From: Armatimonadota bacterium
GTDB taxonomy: Bacteria > Armatimonadota > Chthonomonadetes > Chthonomonadales > CAJBBX01
Assembly (NCBI GenBank): GCA_026392115.1
Contig: JAPLCQ010000094.1
Coordinates: 22,788-86,787, forward strand
DNA length: 64,000 bases
Reading direction: 5' to 3'
This document shows, piece after piece, positions 29,134 to 39,062 of the stretch. Numbering within the stretch: the stretch's first letter is position 1; each line of letters starts with the position of its first letter. Made by a program: the position numbers and the translations under genes. The notes beneath the pieces were generated by a model. That model was not told the DNA's origin. It saw nothing but the letters and a program-made list of their open reading frames with translations, and ran no database searches.

Positions 29134-30156
29134 CTAGAGCGTTACGTGAATCTTGGCGCGAGCGGTTACCGGCTGCTTGATGCCGAACGGATCACGCACG
29201 GTAAGGACGATCTGATAGTCGCCGCCCTTGCGGAACTTGTGCTTGAACGTCCGGCCCTCGGCGTCCACGGGAAGGTCGCCGGCGGCAGGGTCGCCCGGTC
29301 GCACCACGGACCACTCGTAGCGCACGGGGCTCACGCCGGTCTCAGCCTCGGCCGTGAAGGACAGGAGATCGTTCACCGCCGCGGTTCGATCCTCGAGCGG
29401 CAGCACGCGCAACGGCGTCTGCTCGGCCACGGTGCGGACACGCCCCACCGTGAAGGTCGTGGTGGTATCTCCGAACACGCGGACCTCGGAGAGCGCCGCG
29501 GACGTGGACGCCAGTCCCTTCACCGCGCTCAGGGGCACCGCCAGCGACACCCAGCCGTCGCGAGCGGGGCTGGCCGTGTTCAGCGGGATTCGCGCCTCGC
29601 ACTGCTTGCCGTCGGCCGTGACCAGAACGGCGCGCACGTTGGCCAGCGGCTTGGCGGCGACGACGCCCGCGTCATAGCCCTGGTTGATGCCGCCCGCGGC
29701 GCCGGGACCGCCCGGTCCGCCGGTGCCGCCCTTGAGGCCTCCGGTTCGGCCGCCCTTGGCGCCGCCGGGCATGCCCGGCATTCCGCCCATGCCAATCATG
29801 CCCGGGCCGGCGGAACCGCCCGAGCCGCCCGAGCCGCTGTCCTGGAGCTTTACGACGATCTCCAGATACGTCTCGCGGTCCTGCAGGTCGGCGGTGAGGT
29901 CGGCCGGCTTGGCCAACACGATGCGCAGGCCCTGGTAGGCGCCCTGCGTGGAGACCTTGAGTGCGCGGACGCCCTTGTAGATGGCCTCCTCGCTCTCCTT
30001 GACCGTGCCGCTGCCCCAGCTCTTGGCGCTGACGCCCGACCCCTGCAGCGGCTGGCCCTCGTAGATCGACACGTCGGCGCCGGAGCGTCCGGGCGCAGCC
30101 AGAGCGTAGACGACGCTCAGGGCCATTCCGACGACAGGTACCCTGATCCACCTCAT
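29134..30156 (-). CDS. Secreted protein with a Gly-rich insert and a C-terminal PKD-like domain
   Basis: Signal peptide; GGSGGS / GMPG low-complexity insert; YEW...EG..FKHKFRKGGDY.IVLTVRD. Confidence 0.65.
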   Translation of the reverse strand: MRWIRVPVVGMALSVVYALAAPGRSGADVSIYEGQPLQGSGVSAKSWGSGTVKESEEAIYKGVRALKVSTQGAYQGLRIVLAKPADLTADLQDRETYLEIVVKLQDSGSGGSGGSAGPGMIGMGGMPGMPGGAKGGRTGGLKGGTGGPGGPGAAGGINQGYDAGVVAAKPLANVRAVLVTADGKQCEARIPLNTASPARDGWVSLAVPLSAVKGLASTSAALSEVRVFGDTTTTFTVGRVRTVAEQTPLRVLPLEDRTAAVNDLLSFTAEAETGVSPVRYEWSVVRPGDPAAGDLPVDAEGRTFKHKFRKGGDYQIVLTVRDPFGIKQPVTARAKIHVTL

Positions 30157-30247
30157 ACCTAGCTCCTCTCGCGCCGGCGCCATGTCTGGCGACGCCGGCC
30201 CCGGGCCATGCCCGTTTCGGGCGCCGAACAGCCGCCCCCGGTCCCTT

Positions 30248-31027
30248 TCAGGCCCGGATCTGCAGCCGCTCGATGCTTAGAGCGCGACCACCTACAGCCT
30301 CTACTTCCAATAGTACCCCGCACAGCGCCGAGGGACCCGCGGCCGCCTCAAACCGCTCGGGCATACCCGTGATGAAGCGCCGCAACACCGGCTCCGGCGT
30401 CACGCCGAGGATCGACCGGACGGCGCCGGTCATGCCCAGGTCGGTGATGCACGCGGTGCCCTTGGCGGTAACGCGCTCGTCGGCGGTCTGTACGTGCGTG
30501 TGGGTTCCGAGTGCGGCCGACACGCGACCGTCGAGGTGCCAGGCCAGCGCCTGTTTCTCGGAGGTGGCCTCGGCGTGGATGTCGACGAGGATGACGCTCG
30601 TCTCCTGGCTCAGTGCGGCCACGAGGCCGTCACAGGTGGCGAAGGGGTCCGCCACCGGGTCCATGAAGATGCGGCCCTGCACGTTCAGCACAGCCACCTG
30701 CCCGGCGGGACACCGGAAGATGCCCGCACCGCGCCCGGGCGCCTCGGACGTGAAGTTGGCGGGTCGAAGGAGGCGCGGCTCCGACTCCGCCATGGGGTAG
30801 ATCTCGCGCTTGGCCCAGGCGTGGTTGCCCAGGGTCAGCACGTCGATGCCGGCGTCGTCCAGCAACTCGCGGCTGATGTCTGGCGTGAGGCCCGCCACGC
30901 CCGCCGCATTCTCGGCGTTCGCCACCACGAAGTCGATCGACCGCTCGCGCCGGAGCCGGGGAACGAGGGCGCAGGCGATCTCGCGGCCGGCGCGGCCCAC
31001 GATATCGCCGATCACCATCACGCGCAT
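30248..31027 (-). CDS. ymdB: YmdB-family metallophosphoesterase
   Basis: GDIVG; NAENAAG; TLGNH; RPAN; DIHAEATSEK; GTHTHVQTAD; TDLGMTG. Follows rny. Confidence 0.92.
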   Translation of the reverse strand: MRVMVIGDIVGRAGREIACALVPRLRRERSIDFVVANAENAAGVAGLTPDISRELLDDAGIDVLTLGNHAWAKREIYPMAESEPRLLRPANFTSEAPGRGAGIFRCPAGQVAVLNVQGRIFMDPVADPFATCDGLVAALSQETSVILVDIHAEATSEKQALAWHLDGRVSAALGTHTHVQTADERVTAKGTACITDLGMTGAVRSILGVTPEPVLRRFITGMPERFEAAAGPSALCGVLLEVEAVGGRALSIERLQIRA

Positions 31028-31055
31028 CTGGCTCTCCCCGGCCGTCGGCGTCGCC

Positions 31056-32606
31056 TCACCGGGCGTACTCGGTGGAGCGGACTTCGCGAATGACGGTCAC
31101 CTTGATCTGACCCGGGTACTCCATCTCCTCCTCGATGCGCCGCGCGATGCTGGAGGCCAGCTTGGCCGTCGCAAGGTCGTCGACCTGCTCGGGCCGCACG
31201 ATGAGGCGGACCTCGCGGCCGGCCTGCACCGCGAAGCCCTTCTCGACGCCCTGGAAGCTCTGGGCGATCTCCTCGAGCCGCTTGACGCGCTTGACGTAGC
31301 TCTCCAGCGCCTCGCGGCGGCCTCCCGGTCGGCTTGCCGAGATCGCGTCGGCGCACATCACGAGGATGGCTTCCACGGTCTCGGGCTCGGTCTCGCTGTG
31401 GTGCGCCTCCACCGCGTGGATGACCTCTTGGCGCTCACGATGCTGCCGGAGGACGTCGGCCCCAATGACGGCGTGCGGACCTTCGACCTGGTGGTCGAGG
31501 GCCTTGCCCAGATCATGGAAGAGACCCGCGCGCCTGGAGATCGCCACGTTGGCGCCCACCTCGGAAGCCAGGATGGCCGCCAGGTGGCTCACCTCGATGG
31601 AGTGGTCGAGCACGTTCTGGCCGTAGCTGGTGCGGTACTTCATCTTGCCCAGCAACCGCAGAATCTCCGGAGCGATTCCGGTAACGCCCGTCTCCAGGAC
31701 GGCGCGCTCGCCGGCCTCCTGGATGTGCCGCTCCACCTCGAGTTGCGCCCGCTTGACGGTCTCCTCGATGCGGCCCGGGTGGATGCGCCCGTCGGTGACG
31801 AGCGTCGTCAGCGCCAGGCGCGCGACCTCGCGCCGAACGGCGTCGAAGCCGGACAGCACCACGGCCTCCGGCGTGTCGTCGATGACGAGATCGACCCCGG
31901 TGAGCGTTTCGAACGTGCGGATATTGCGCCCCTCGCGGCCGATGATGCGCCCCTTCATCTCATCGGAGGGCAGAGGCACCACGGAGACGGTGGTCTCGGA
32001 CGTCTGGTCCACCGCGCAGCGCTGGATGGCCTGAGTCACGATGATGCGCGCCCGCCGATCCCCATCCCGGCGCGCGTCCTCTTCAATATCCCGTATCAGC
32101 TTCGCGGCTTCGTGCTTGTACTCTTGTTCGATCTCCCGCAGCAGCTCTTTCCGTGCGTCGTCGCGGGCGAGGCCCGCGACCCGCGCCAGCTCCGCGCGCT
32201 GTCGACCAACCAGCGTCTGCGCTTCGCCGTGCGCGCCCTCTATCTCGATTTCCCGCTGCTGAAGGCTCCGTTCCTTCCTCTCAGCGGACTCAACGCGCCT
32301 GTCCAGGGCCTCTTCTTTTTGTGCCAGTCGTCGCTCGGACCTCTGTAGTTCTGCTCTTCTCTCGCGGTTATCGGCATCGATCTCCGCCTTGAGCTTGTAT
32401 GCTTCATCCTTGGCTTCGAGGATTGCCTCTTTGCGGAGGGCCTCGGCGTCTCGCCGCGCCTCCTCCTTGAGCCTCTCTGCCTCCGAGATCCTCTCTCCTA
32501 GAGTCAGTTCCAACACTCTCGAGCGGGCCTTGTAGGTCTGCACCATCGCAACCGCGATGGCGGCGACCACGACAAGCCCCAGTACGACCGTATATGTCTC
32601 TGCCAC
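31056..32606 (-). CDS. rny: Ribonuclease Y
   Basis: N-terminal TM and coiled coil; KH motif MKGRIIGREGRNIR; HD motif RTSYGQNVLDH...HDLGK; ADAISASRPG. GGAGG RBS before GTG. Confidence 0.96.
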   Translation of the reverse strand: MAETYTVVLGLVVVAAIAVAMVQTYKARSRVLELTLGERISEAERLKEEARRDAEALRKEAILEAKDEAYKLKAEIDADNRERRAELQRSERRLAQKEEALDRRVESAERKERSLQQREIEIEGAHGEAQTLVGRQRAELARVAGLARDDARKELLREIEQEYKHEAAKLIRDIEEDARRDGDRRARIIVTQAIQRCAVDQTSETTVSVVPLPSDEMKGRIIGREGRNIRTFETLTGVDLVIDDTPEAVVLSGFDAVRREVARLALTTLVTDGRIHPGRIEETVKRAQLEVERHIQEAGERAVLETGVTGIAPEILRLLGKMKYRTSYGQNVLDHSIEVSHLAAILASEVGANVAISRRAGLFHDLGKALDHQVEGPHAVIGADVLRQHRERQEVIHAVEAHHSETEPETVEAILVMCADAISASRPGGRREALESYVKRVKRLEEIAQSFQGVEKGFAVQAGREVRLIVRPEQVDDLATAKLASSIARRIEEEMEYPGQIKVTVIREVRSTEYAR

Positions 32607-32687
32607 GCCGTCCTCACCTCCCACAACGAAGTGAGTCCGAACGAACGTAGGCGCCTCGGCGCCCTGGCACGAGAATGACCTGGATGA

Positions 32688-33161
32688 TCAGGCTACCATG
32701 TTCGCCGCGAGGGCCGCCAATACCTGCCGGATGGTCTCCCAATCGTAGCCAAGCCGCTGCAATCTGCCGGCCAGGCGGGTCCGTTGCTCGGGATCGGCCG
32801 CGGATGCGCCCTTCAGCCAGCGCGTCGCCTCCGCCAGCGCCCGCTCCTCCACGGAGCCGGGCCCGGCAGACGCGAGGGCGGCCTGGATGGACTCCTCGTC
32901 GATGGCCTTCCGCTTGAGTTCGGCCTCCAGCCGGATGGGACCCAGGGCCTTGGAGCGTGCGCGGCTCTCGACCCAATCGGCGGCGAGCCGGGCATCGTCC
33001 AGCAGGGCGGCGCGATGAAGCGACGCGAGCGCGGCCTCGACGTCCTCCTCCTCGCACTCCGCGCGCGCCAACCGGCGACGCACTTCGGCCTCGCTGCGCG
33101 GCGCGTAGGAGGCGTACCGGTACGCGACCGCCATGGCGCGGGCCAGCGACTCCTCTGACAT
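32688..33161 (-). CDS. recX: Regulatory protein RecX
   Basis: PRSEAEVRRRL; LLDDARLA; GPIRLEAELKRK; LQRLGY. Lies upstream of rny. Confidence 0.85.
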   Translation of the reverse strand: MSEESLARAMAVAYRYASYAPRSEAEVRRRLARAECEEEDVEAALASLHRAALLDDARLAADWVESRARSKALGPIRLEAELKRKAIDEESIQAALASAGPGSVEERALAEATRWLKGASAADPEQRTRLAGRLQRLGYDWETIRQVLAALAANMVA

Positions 33162-33169
33162 GGCCGGCG

Positions 33170-34375
33170 CTACCGGCGCAGGCCGCGGAGGTCGATGGGC
33201 AGCGACCGGTTCTCGCGCAGCAACTCTCTGAGCGTGAGGCGGCGCCGGCGGCGGCCGGCCTCGCGCCCCAGCAGGACGGCAAGGCAGCTATCGACGGCAC
33301 GGCGCACAGTGGGATTGGAGGTGTCGCGCTCGGTGACGCAGCGGCGGAACTCGGCGATGTTCCGCACGGCGCCGGCCTCGTAGAGGTTCACGACGTCTTC
33401 GCGGTAGGCGTCCTGCGGGGTGAGCACGGTGGCCTTGGCGGCGTAGCTGACGATGGCGTAGCCGGCCGTGCCGTGCACCAGGCAGCCGCAGAAGTCCTGC
33501 GCGCCGCTCTGGTCGGGCAGGTGCTTGCCGTGGTGCTGGTGGATCAGTCCGTCGGGGTACTCGAACGTCAGCGAGAAGACATCGTGGCTGTCGGCGTGCC
33601 GCTCCGGCCGGCAGGCCGCGCTGGCGCCCGAGCAGGCCACGGGGACCGCGCCGGCCACCCACATGGCGGCGTCGACCGAGTGGATGCAGGCGTTGCCGTG
33701 GTAGCCGCCGCCCAGCGCGTTGTCGTTGACCCACTTCAGCCCGCGCAGGACGCCCTCGAGGTTGGCACCTCGGGGCGGATCCGGGAAGCAGGCCGTGAGG
33801 TAGTGCGAGTGGAGCATGGCCACACGTCCGATGGCGCCCGCACGGACGCGGCGCAGAACCTCCTGATTGCCGGCGTCCGTGGGAATCTGGTAGTCGACCA
33901 GGTAGACCTGCTTGCGGGCGGTCGCGCGGGCGGCGGCGGCTTCGATGCGCTTGACGCCTGGCACGTCGGTCGCCACGGGCTTAGCCATGTAGACATGGCA
34001 ACCCGCCGCCACCGCGGCCTCGGCGTGGTCGGGGTAGAAGCAGGGCGGCGCCTCAAGGGCCACGGCCTCCACGCCAGCATCAAGGAGGCGCTTGTAGCCG
34101 TCGAGGCCGGTGAAGCGCCGGGCTGCGGGCACACCGTGCGCTTCGCCGCAGGCGTCGGCGGCGTCCTGGAAGTAGTCTGCCACGGCGGAGAGCTCGTAGC
34201 CGCCGTCGCGGGCGAAGAGACCCGCCAGCCAGCCGCCGCGGCCGCCGCAACCGATGAGGCCCAGCTTGATGCGCGCCGCGCGCTCCGCCGACGCGACGGC
34301 CGGAGAGATTCCGGCCGCCAGCCCGGCGCCCAGCAACTCGCGCCGCGTGGGGTCGGTGCGTGGATCAGTGGACAT
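33170..34375 (-). CDS. Gfo/Idh/MocA oxidoreductase with a Tat-like leader
   Basis: TRRELL; KLGLIGCGGRG; HVYMAKPVA; GG...NACIHSVD. Confidence 0.88.
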   Translation of the reverse strand: MSTDPRTDPTRRELLGAGLAAGISPAVASAERAARIKLGLIGCGGRGGWLAGLFARDGGYELSAVADYFQDAADACGEAHGVPAARRFTGLDGYKRLLDAGVEAVALEAPPCFYPDHAEAAVAAGCHVYMAKPVATDVPGVKRIEAAAARATARKQVYLVDYQIPTDAGNQEVLRRVRAGAIGRVAMLHSHYLTACFPDPPRGANLEGVLRGLKWVNDNALGGGYHGNACIHSVDAAMWVAGAVPVACSGASAACRPERHADSHDVFSLTFEYPDGLIHQHHGKHLPDQSGAQDFCGCLVHGTAGYAIVSYAAKATVLTPQDAYREDVVNLYEAGAVRNIAEFRRCVTERDTSNPTVRRAVDSCLAVLLGREAGRRRRRLTLRELLRENRSLPIDLRGLRR

Positions 34376-34447
34376 GGCCGGCCTCCTTCATCGGGTCGCC
34401 CCGCGCCCGCGGCGGGAACGCCGCGGCGGGCGCGGGGCGGTCGGGCT

Positions 34448-35230
34448 CTACTTGCCCCAGTCGCGCAGGATCTTGATGCAACGATCCACGGATTCCAGCG
34501 CCGGGTATGCGTCGCTTTCGTACTCAACGATGTACCACTCGGTGCCGCCCGTGGCCTCGCAGATGTCGAAGACGGCGCGCCACGGCACATCGTCGGCGCC
34601 GATCAGCGACTGATAGCCGGCCTCGAAGCCCGACGCCGCGGCCTGAACGGTGGAGTAGGGCTTCAGGTGGACCGTGGTCGCCTTGCCGGGGTGCCGCCGC
34701 AGAATCTCCTCGAGCTTCGCGCCGCCCGCCAGGCCGTTGCCGGTGTCGAGCTGCATAACGACGCCCGGACCGGTCTGATCGAACAGGGCATCCCACGCGG
34801 TGAGACCGTCGCCCAGATCGGCGAACTCGGCGTGGTGGTTGTGGTAGCCGGTCATCATGCCGTGCGGCGCGAGCTTGCCGGCGATGCCGTTGAAGACCTC
34901 GGCGGTCTTCCAGCAGGCGATGGCGCTGTCGCGCTCGGGCTCGTTGATCCAGGGCACGATCAGGAAGCGGTTGCCCAGCTCGGCGTTGAACTCGATGGTC
35001 GCGGCCAGGTTGTCGCCCAGCAGCGTATCCATGCCGATGTGCGTCCCGGCGACCTTCAGGCCGGCGTCGTCGCACATCTTGCGCAGCTCGACCGCGCTGT
35101 AGTTGTAGTAGCCCGCGAAGTCAACGCCGTCATAGCCCATGGCGGCGACCTTGGCGATGGTGCCCGGCAGGTCCTTGGCGCACTCGTCGCGCACGGAGTA
35201 GAGCTGTACGGCGATCGGTATCTTCGACAC
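34448..35230 (-). CDS. Sugar phosphate isomerase/epimerase (TIM barrel)
   Basis: QLYSVRD; GYDGVDFAG; GYHNH..EF; QLDTGN; HLK; WYIVEYE. Confidence 0.88.
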   Translation of the reverse strand: MSKIPIAVQLYSVRDECAKDLPGTIAKVAAMGYDGVDFAGYYNYSAVELRKMCDDAGLKVAGTHIGMDTLLGDNLAATIEFNAELGNRFLIVPWINEPERDSAIACWKTAEVFNGIAGKLAPHGMMTGYHNHHAEFADLGDGLTAWDALFDQTGPGVVMQLDTGNGLAGGAKLEEILRRHPGKATTVHLKPYSTVQAAASGFEAGYQSLIGADDVPWRAVFDICEATGGTEWYIVEYESDAYPALESVDRCIKILRDWGK

Positions 35231-35269
35231 GTTGTGCCTCCTCGTGACTAGGGTCTGTTGGTTACGAAA

Positions 35270-35593
35270 CTACTCCATCAAGAACGACTGGGCCAGGATC
35301 AGCACGGGCTGGCCGCCCTGATCCGACGCCGTGGGGCTGTCCAGGTAGTCCTGCATGAACGTCTGCCACCGGGTGTGGACCTCGGACGTGGCCAGGTAGT
35401 CGCAACTCGCCTGCCAGTCGTCGCACTCCAGGTAGCCGAACTCGACGCCGCCCGGCCCCAGCCAGAGGCGGTAGTTGCGGAACCCGGCCTTCTTGAGCTC
35501 GGCGAGAAGGTCCGGCCAGACGTTCTCGTGAATCTTGAGATACTCGTCCAGCTTCTCCGGCTTCACCTGTAGCATCAGTCCCACACGCTGCAT
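35270..35593 (-). CDS. rhaM: L-rhamnose mutarotase
   Basis: MQRVGLMLQVKPEKLDEY..HENVWP..LKKAGFRNY; RWQTFM. GGAGG RBS. Confidence 0.85.
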   Translation of the reverse strand: MQRVGLMLQVKPEKLDEYLKIHENVWPDLLAELKKAGFRNYRLWLGPGGVEFGYLECDDWQASCDYLATSEVHTRWQTFMQDYLDSPTASDQGGQPVLILAQSFLME

Positions 35594-35750
35594 GTCGTCC
35601 TCCAGGGCGCCCGCGAACGCGTCTCGGCGCCGAAGAGTATTACCCGGCGCGAGCCGCGATTCCTGCCGAGTCGCCTGTCGGTGCCGACACACGGTATCCT
35701 ACGGGAGTACTGACCGGTCCTGGTTCGGACCGGATGATCAAGGAGACCAG

Positions 35751-36953
35751 GTGACAACAGGCTCCGCCGGGGCGGCGGCAACGACTGGCCGCCCGCTGAC
35801 CTTCCTCTTCATGAGCTCCTGCCCCGAGCCCTGGGGCGGCAGCGAAGAGCTCTACGCCGGCGCCGCGCGCATCTTGGTGTCGCGAGGCCATTCCGCGTCG
35901 CTCATCAAGACCCTCGTCGTTCAGACGCACCCGCGGATCGCCCGGCTTCGCGGCCAGGGCATCGCGGCAACGGACTACTACTCGCTCCTGCCGCCGCTCC
36001 CGGTGCGGGCCGGCGTGCGCCTCATGCCCGGCCGGTTTCGGCCCAACGACTGGCGCCACGATATGCTGGTTCGGCTGTTGCGGGCGCAGAAGCCCAGCCT
36101 GGTGGTGATCTCCCAGGGCGACAACTTCGACGGGATGCGCTACACCGACCCGTGCATCGAGTCCGGGACGCCCTACGTTCTGCTCTGCCAGAAGGCGTCC
36201 GACCCGCACTGGCCGCCGGACCAGGCTCTGAAGGCCATGCGGCGCGGCTACCAGCAGGCGTTGCGGTGCTACTTCGTGTCGCACCACAACCGCGATCTCA
36301 CCGAGTGCCAGATCGGCGCCCGGCTGCCCAACGGCGAAGTGGTGCACAACCCCTTCATGGTCGACGCGCCGGAGCCGCTCCCCTGGCCCGACGCGCCGGC
36401 CGGCCACTTCCGTATCGCCTGCGTGGGCCGCCTCTTCGCGCGCGACAAGGGGCAGGACACCCTGCTGCGGGTCCTGGCGCAGCCCAAGTGGCTCTCGCGC
36501 AGCGTCACCGTCAGCTTCTACGGCAGCGGCTGCCACCGCCAGGGCTTCGAGGGCATGGCCGCGCTGCTGGACCTCCCCATGGTCCGCTTCGCATCGTTCT
36601 CGGACAACATCACCGACGTCTGGCGGAAGCACCACGCGTTGGTCCTCTGCTCCCGCGCCGAAGGCCTGCCCCTCGTTCTCGTCGAGGCCATGATGTGCGG
36701 TCGCCCGGGCATCGTGAGCAACGCCGGAGGCAACGGCGAGGTGATCGATGACAACGTCACCGGCTTCCTTGCCCGCGGCGTCTGCTTCAACACGATGGAT
36801 GAAGCCCTGGACCGGGCATGGGAGCGCCGGTCGGAGTGGCGCGAGATCGGCCTGGCCGCGGGCGCCCGCATTCGCGAGATCTGGCCGGCCGACCCTTGCC
36901 GCGAGTTCGCGGACAAGGTCCTCGCGGTCGCCGAGACCCATGGCGCAGCCTGA
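35751..36953 (+). CDS. GT4 glycosyltransferase
   Basis: WGGSE; VGRL..DKGQD; SRAEGLPLVLVEAM (EX7E motif). AGGAG RBS with GTG start. Confidence 0.88.
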   Translation: MTTGSAGAAATTGRPLTFLFMSSCPEPWGGSEELYAGAARILVSRGHSASLIKTLVVQTHPRIARLRGQGIAATDYYSLLPPLPVRAGVRLMPGRFRPNDWRHDMLVRLLRAQKPSLVVISQGDNFDGMRYTDPCIESGTPYVLLCQKASDPHWPPDQALKAMRRGYQQALRCYFVSHHNRDLTECQIGARLPNGEVVHNPFMVDAPEPLPWPDAPAGHFRIACVGRLFARDKGQDTLLRVLAQPKWLSRSVTVSFYGSGCHRQGFEGMAALLDLPMVRFASFSDNITDVWRKHHALVLCSRAEGLPLVLVEAMMCGRPGIVSNAGGNGEVIDDNVTGFLARGVCFNTMDEALDRAWERRSEWREIGLAAGARIREIWPADPCREFADKVLAVAETHGAA

Positions 36954-37803
36954 GCCCCGGCCGGACCCGATCCTCGTCGTCAGCGCGGAGAGCCGAATGC
37001 GCCACCCGCGCCGGTTCGTGCGCGAGGCCTTCGCCGACCTCCGCGCCTCGCTGCCCATCGCCAGAAGCCTCCTGGCCCAGAGGCTCCGCCAGCGCTACCG
37101 GCACTCCTCGCTCGGCTTCCTCTGGGCCATCGTGCCCGCGGCGTTCGTGTCGGTCGTGATGACCATCGGCCGCAAGGCCCGCTTCCCCCTGATGGACACG
37201 GGACCGATCCCGCCGCAGGTCTACGGCCTCTACGGCATCGTCATGATGCAGTCCTTCCTGGAGGCGCTGAACGCCGAGCGCATGGCCATCAGCGGCAACC
37301 GGCAGCTGCTCTCCCGGCAGCGCATTCCCCTGGAGGGGATGATCCTGGCAGGCGCGGGCGAGATGCTGGTGAGCCTGAGCATGAAGCTGGTGGCCGTGGG
37401 CTTCGTCTGCCTGCTGCTCAGCGCGCCGCCCGCGCCGACGCTCCCGCTGGGCCTGCTGGCCATCGCGCAGGTGGCCGTCCTGGGCGTCGCTCTGGGCGTG
37501 GCCATGGCCCCCTGGAACGCCATGAGCCGCGACCTCGACCATGTCATGCTGTTCCTGCCCTGGGTGCTCTTCGCCACCACGCCCATCTTCATCCGCCCGC
37601 AACACGGGTCCGGCCTGGCGCGCGTCTTCGCCCTCAATCCGCTGGCGTGGCTGGTGGACAACGCCCGCGCCTATGCCTGCACCGGTCGGGGCAGCCTCAG
37701 CCTGCTGCTGGGCGCAACGGCGGCCCTGACGCTGCTGCTCGGCGGGGCGTGGCTGCTGACGCGCCTCTGCCTGCCCTACGCCCTGGAGAGGTCCACGGAC
37801 TAG
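36940..37803 (+). CDS. wzm: ABC-2 polysaccharide export permease (Wzm)
   Basis: RQRYRHSSLGFLWAI; RDLDH; ATTPIF; LNPL; multiple TM segments. Confidence 0.85.
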   Translation: MAQPEPRPDPILVVSAESRMRHPRRFVREAFADLRASLPIARSLLAQRLRQRYRHSSLGFLWAIVPAAFVSVVMTIGRKARFPLMDTGPIPPQVYGLYGIVMMQSFLEALNAERMAISGNRQLLSRQRIPLEGMILAGAGEMLVSLSMKLVAVGFVCLLLSAPPAPTLPLGLLAIAQVAVLGVALGVAMAPWNAMSRDLDHVMLFLPWVLFATTPIFIRPQHGSGLARVFALNPLAWLVDNARAYACTGRGSLSLLLGATAALTLLLGGAWLLTRLCLPYALERSTD

Positions 37804-37805
37804 CC

Positions 37806-39062
37806 ATGGCGAAACCGCTCCTCGCGCTGCACGGCGTCTCCAAGCGCTTCTGCCGGCAACCGCGCCGCAACCTGCGCTACGGCCTGGAGGACATCGCCGC
37901 CGAGGCCATGGGACGGAGGCCGGCGCGGAGCCTGCGGCCGGGCGAGTTCTGGTCGCTGCAGGATGTCAGCCTCGACGTGGAGGCCGGCGAGGTGCTGGGC
38001 GTCATCGGGCACAACGGCGCCGGCAAGAGCACGCTCATCAACCTCGCCGCCCGCGTGACGCGCCCCTCGCTGGGGCGGCTGGAGTTCTTCACGGATCGCG
38101 TCATCGCCATGGACGCCCACGGCGGGCTCAGCGGGTCGCAGACGGGCCGCGAAAACATCATCAGCAAGCTCTCCATGCACGGCGTGCCGCCGAACGAGAT
38201 CCGCGAGGCCATCCCGGAGCTGATCGCCTACTCGGGCCTCGGCGAGTTCATCGACGCTCCCACCGGCACCTACAGCATGGGCATGCGGCTGCGGCTGGCC
38301 TTCTCCATCTACACGCGCCTGAAGCCCGATCTCTTCCTCGTAGATGAAGCCATCGGCGGCGGAGACCTTCGGTTCAGGAGCAAGTTCCAGCGCTTCCTGC
38401 GCGACTATGTGGACGCCGGCGGCTCCATACTGCTCGCCAGCCACGATCTGTTCCTGGTCCAGACGCTCTGCAGGCGCTGCGTGCTGCTGGACGGCGGCCG
38501 GGTGCTGGACAGCGGTCCACCGGACCGGGTCGTGAAGCAGTACGAGGAGATGATGGATGGCCGGGACGCGGCGACGAGCTCCGAGGCGTCGCGGTCGAAG
38601 TCCGGGCGGAAGGGCGGCCCCGCGCCGACCGGCGACGTCACGCTCCTTGCCGCGGAGATCACCGGCGAGGAGGGCGGTCCTCTGCTCCCCGGCGAGCCGG
38701 CCGTGGTCCGGCTACGCTTCACGGCCGGCTCGGCCCTGGGCGGGGTTCAGTGGGGCATGGAGATCGGCGGACTGGGCCAGTTCCCGCTGGCCTCGGCCGT
38801 GAGCCCGCCCGACATGCCGTATGAACCGGCCATAGGCGAGAACGAGCTCACATGCCGCATCGAGAGGCTCCCGCTCATGCCGGGTGCCTACGAGCTTCAT
38901 TCCGCCCTGATCGACCATCGGTCGGGCGCTCCGCTGGCGACGCGCGGATTCGAGTCCACGCCGGACCGGTTCACGGTCGGCGCGCCTGAGGATGCGACGA
39001 TGAACATCCTTCGGCACCGCCAGGGCCTGCTCTACCTGCCCGTCGAGTTCGAGGCAAACTGA
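37806..39062 (+). CDS. wzt: ABC polysaccharide export ATPase with a C-terminal carbohydrate-binding domain (Wzt)
   Basis: FWSLQDVS; GHNGAGKST; YSMGMRLRLAFS; VDE...GD; SHD; C-terminal LPLMPGAY Wzt-C domain. Confidence 0.88.
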   Translation: MAKPLLALHGVSKRFCRQPRRNLRYGLEDIAAEAMGRRPARSLRPGEFWSLQDVSLDVEAGEVLGVIGHNGAGKSTLINLAARVTRPSLGRLEFFTDRVIAMDAHGGLSGSQTGRENIISKLSMHGVPPNEIREAIPELIAYSGLGEFIDAPTGTYSMGMRLRLAFSIYTRLKPDLFLVDEAIGGGDLRFRSKFQRFLRDYVDAGGSILLASHDLFLVQTLCRRCVLLDGGRVLDSGPPDRVVKQYEEMMDGRDAATSSEASRSKSGRKGGPAPTGDVTLLAAEITGEEGGPLLPGEPAVVRLRFTAGSALGGVQWGMEIGGLGQFPLASAVSPPDMPYEPAIGENELTCRIERLPLMPGAYELHSALIDHRSGAPLATRGFESTPDRFTVGAPEDATMNILRHRQGLLYLPVEFEAN

